A DNA stretch of 64,000 nt from Terriglobia bacterium. GTDB taxonomy: Bacteria > Acidobacteriota > Terriglobia > JAJPHL01 > JAPKYU01. Both the position numbers and the translations under genes were made by a program. This document shows positions 62,297 to 64,000 of the stretch, piece by piece (positions within the stretch are counted from its first letter, which is position 1; every line of letters begins with the position of its first letter). Under the pieces are notes generated by a model. The model was not told the origin of the DNA, made no database searches, and saw only the letters and a list, made by a program, of their open reading frames with translations. The DNA lies in the NCBI GenBank assembly GCA_965206645.1, contig CBDBKE010000002.1, positions 832,218-896,217 on the forward strand, given 5' to 3'.

Positions 62297-62388
62297 TGAC
62301 CAGACCGATTTTTTGTACCAACCGTAGTGAGAGTTTACATCGCAGCCTGGGGCTGTGAAACTGGTTTCAGTGGCAGGGGAGGGCTATA
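62297..62388 (-). mobile_element. Right-end remnant of the 4559-type IS3
   Basis: Matches 11106-11197 (terminal TG here versus TA there) and stops at the palindrome's TATA. Confidence 0.9.
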
Positions 62389-62641
62389 GAGCCTGTGTGG
62401 AAACTCGGTTTAGCTGGCTGGAAATCAAAAGGGATCATGATTCGCTCCAGAATTCTGGTGTTTCGATCTTCGCCGAGTCGCCGGTCCGGGAGTCTGCTGA
62501 ACTAGCCTTCCTGATTTAGCTTCGGTTTGTTGCGCCACAGGCGGGTGAGGTTGAAGGCCGTTGCGGCCAGCGCGAACTCCACCGCGACCTTCTCCAGGCC
62601 CCGCCGCCGGAACTGCCGCATTCCACGCTGTTCTTTCAAAA
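62389..62641 (-). mobile_element. IS1182-family 3' fragment
   Basis: IR GAGCCTGTGTGGAAAC; LKEQRGMRQFRRRGLEKVAVEFALAATAFNLTRL. Confidence 0.8.
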
Positions 62642-63657
62642 GGGGATTATATACGAAAGTGGCGAAACCTCTTGACAGCGACGCCACTTTGCGGTAAGAT
62701 GCAGTCATGGCTAAGGCACCTGGCAAGGCGTACCGGAACGGCATCACCCTTAAGCAGATCATGCGGATGTTTCCCGACGACGAAACGGCCGAGCGGTGGT
62801 TCATCAAGCAGCGGTGGCCGAGCGGCGTATGCTGCCCGATCTGCGGATCGCTCAATGTGCAGTCGGGCTGCAAGCACAAAACCATGCCCTACCGCTGCCG
62901 CGAGAAGGAATGCGCGCGGAAGTTCAGCGTGAAGACTGGCACCGTGATGGAGTGCGCCAAGGTCAGCTACCAGGATTGGCTTCTCGCTGCCTTCCTGCTC
63001 ATGACCAGCCTCAAGAGCGTATCGAGCATGAAGCTCCACCGCGACCTCGGCCTGACACAGAAATCCGCGTGGTTTCTAGCGCAGCGCCTCCGGGCTGCCC
63101 TGTCACAGTACGGGAAGAAGCTATTTGCTGGCCCGGTCGAAGTGGACGAAACCTACTTCGGCGGTCGCCGTCGGAACATGAGCAACACCAAGCGGAAGGA
63201 GCTGGCCGATACCGGCCGCGGTCCTATCGGGAAAACGGCGGTGGTCGGCGTCAAAGACCGTGCAACCAAGCGCGTCGCGGCCACAGTGGTCACGGCCACG
63301 GACGCGGCCACGCTGCAAGGGTTCGTAGGCGAGCATGCCGCGCCGGGTGCGACGGTCTACAGCGACGATGCTGTCGCCTATGACGCGCTGCCCTTCAATC
63401 ACGCCACGGTCAAGCACTCGCTCTCCGAGTACGTCAAAGGCGACATTCACACCAATGGCATAGAATCCCTATGGTCGATGCTTAAACGCGCCCACATGGG
63501 CACGTTCCACAAGATTTCACCCAAGCATCTGGATCGCTACGTCCAAGAGTTCGCCGGTCGCCACAACCTGCGCGAGCAGGACACCATCGACCAGCTTGCC
63601 GCCATGAGAGACGGCATGGAAGGTAAGCGTCTCCGCTACTCAGACCTGGTGGCTTGA
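62642..63657 (+). mobile_element. IS1595-family element left end and transposase (62707-63657)
   Basis: GGGGATTAT end; CPICGS/YRC..C Zn finger, VEVDETYFGG, YSDD, HTNGIESLW, YVQEF. Promoter TTGACA-17-TAAGAT at 62672-62700. Confidence 0.9.
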
Positions 63658-63686
63658 ACGCCGATTCGCTACGGAAGGCGGTCCTT

Positions 63687-64000
63687 TCAACACGCCACGG
63701 CAAGCAGCAAAAAGAATACAAGGCTGCCAACCACAAGGTAAGATATTACCTTCTCGTCCGAAAGACCGGTTTCACTGCTGGTGGAAGTTGCACCCGTGGA
63801 AGTTACATCCGTTGCACTTAATACGATTTGAATGTTCACTCCGAGCGTTGGTTTCTGTGGCGATCCGCCCGTGATATCCAGAATGACGGCGAAGGCTTCC
63901 CCGCCGCTGTTCAAGCAACCTGCTACCTGCTCGGCAATTTCACGGTTTAGGAAACCGATCTGCCCTGCACTATCGTGGTGCACCTCAATCGCGTTTGAAT
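63687..64000 (-). CDS. HIRAN-like domain protein with C-terminal TM segment, 5' partial
   Basis: SNAIEV....GQIGFLNREIAEQVA, ITGG...GVNI; hydrophobic C-terminus. Confidence 0.6.
   Translation of the reverse strand, partial: SNAIEVHHDSAGQIGFLNREIAEQVAGCLNSGGEAFAVILDITGGSPQKPTLGVNIQIVLSATDVTSTGATSTSSETGLSDEKVISYLVVGSLVFFLLLAVAC

Overview
This is a GC-rich bacterial window, most likely from Acidobacteriota. The inference rests on TIGR03437-type C-terminal domains, a carboxypeptidase-regulatory-domain TonB receptor, a DUF1549/DUF1553/DUF1501 cluster and the mfd-surA-rpsA-ihf neighbourhood. It has three parts. (1) 1-24.5 kb is an IS-shredded accessory/defence island containing selO, a thermonuclease, a HEPN protein fused to a primase-like domain, a MOBQ plasmid relic with an RSF1010-like oriT, type I hsdM-hicBA-mrr', an Nmad3 gene with a phage-like partner, SIR2, an MmeI-like remnant and a TonB receptor. 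(2) 24.5-49.7 kb is mostly core genes: a surface protein, lexA, GH20, an F420/FO cluster (PPOX, LLM, cofG, cofH), pfkA, an orphan nuoA, TlpA, HIT, ihf, rpsA, BlaI, surA, mfd and rfaE2. (3) 49.9-64 kb is again IS-rich (IS3, two IS1380, IS1182, IS1595), with a planctomycete-type cytochrome/DUF1501 cluster, an mreB pseudogene and a TPR gene. The most notable sequence-level observations are a perfect palindrome conserved inside IS3 transposase genes with IS1182 ends at both of its TATA feet, a family of IS6-like MITEs bracketing selO, the HEPN-AEP-like fusion, and FO synthase genes in an apparent acidobacterium. No rRNA, tRNA or CRISPR array was seen. All family calls are from motif recognition by eye, without database searches.
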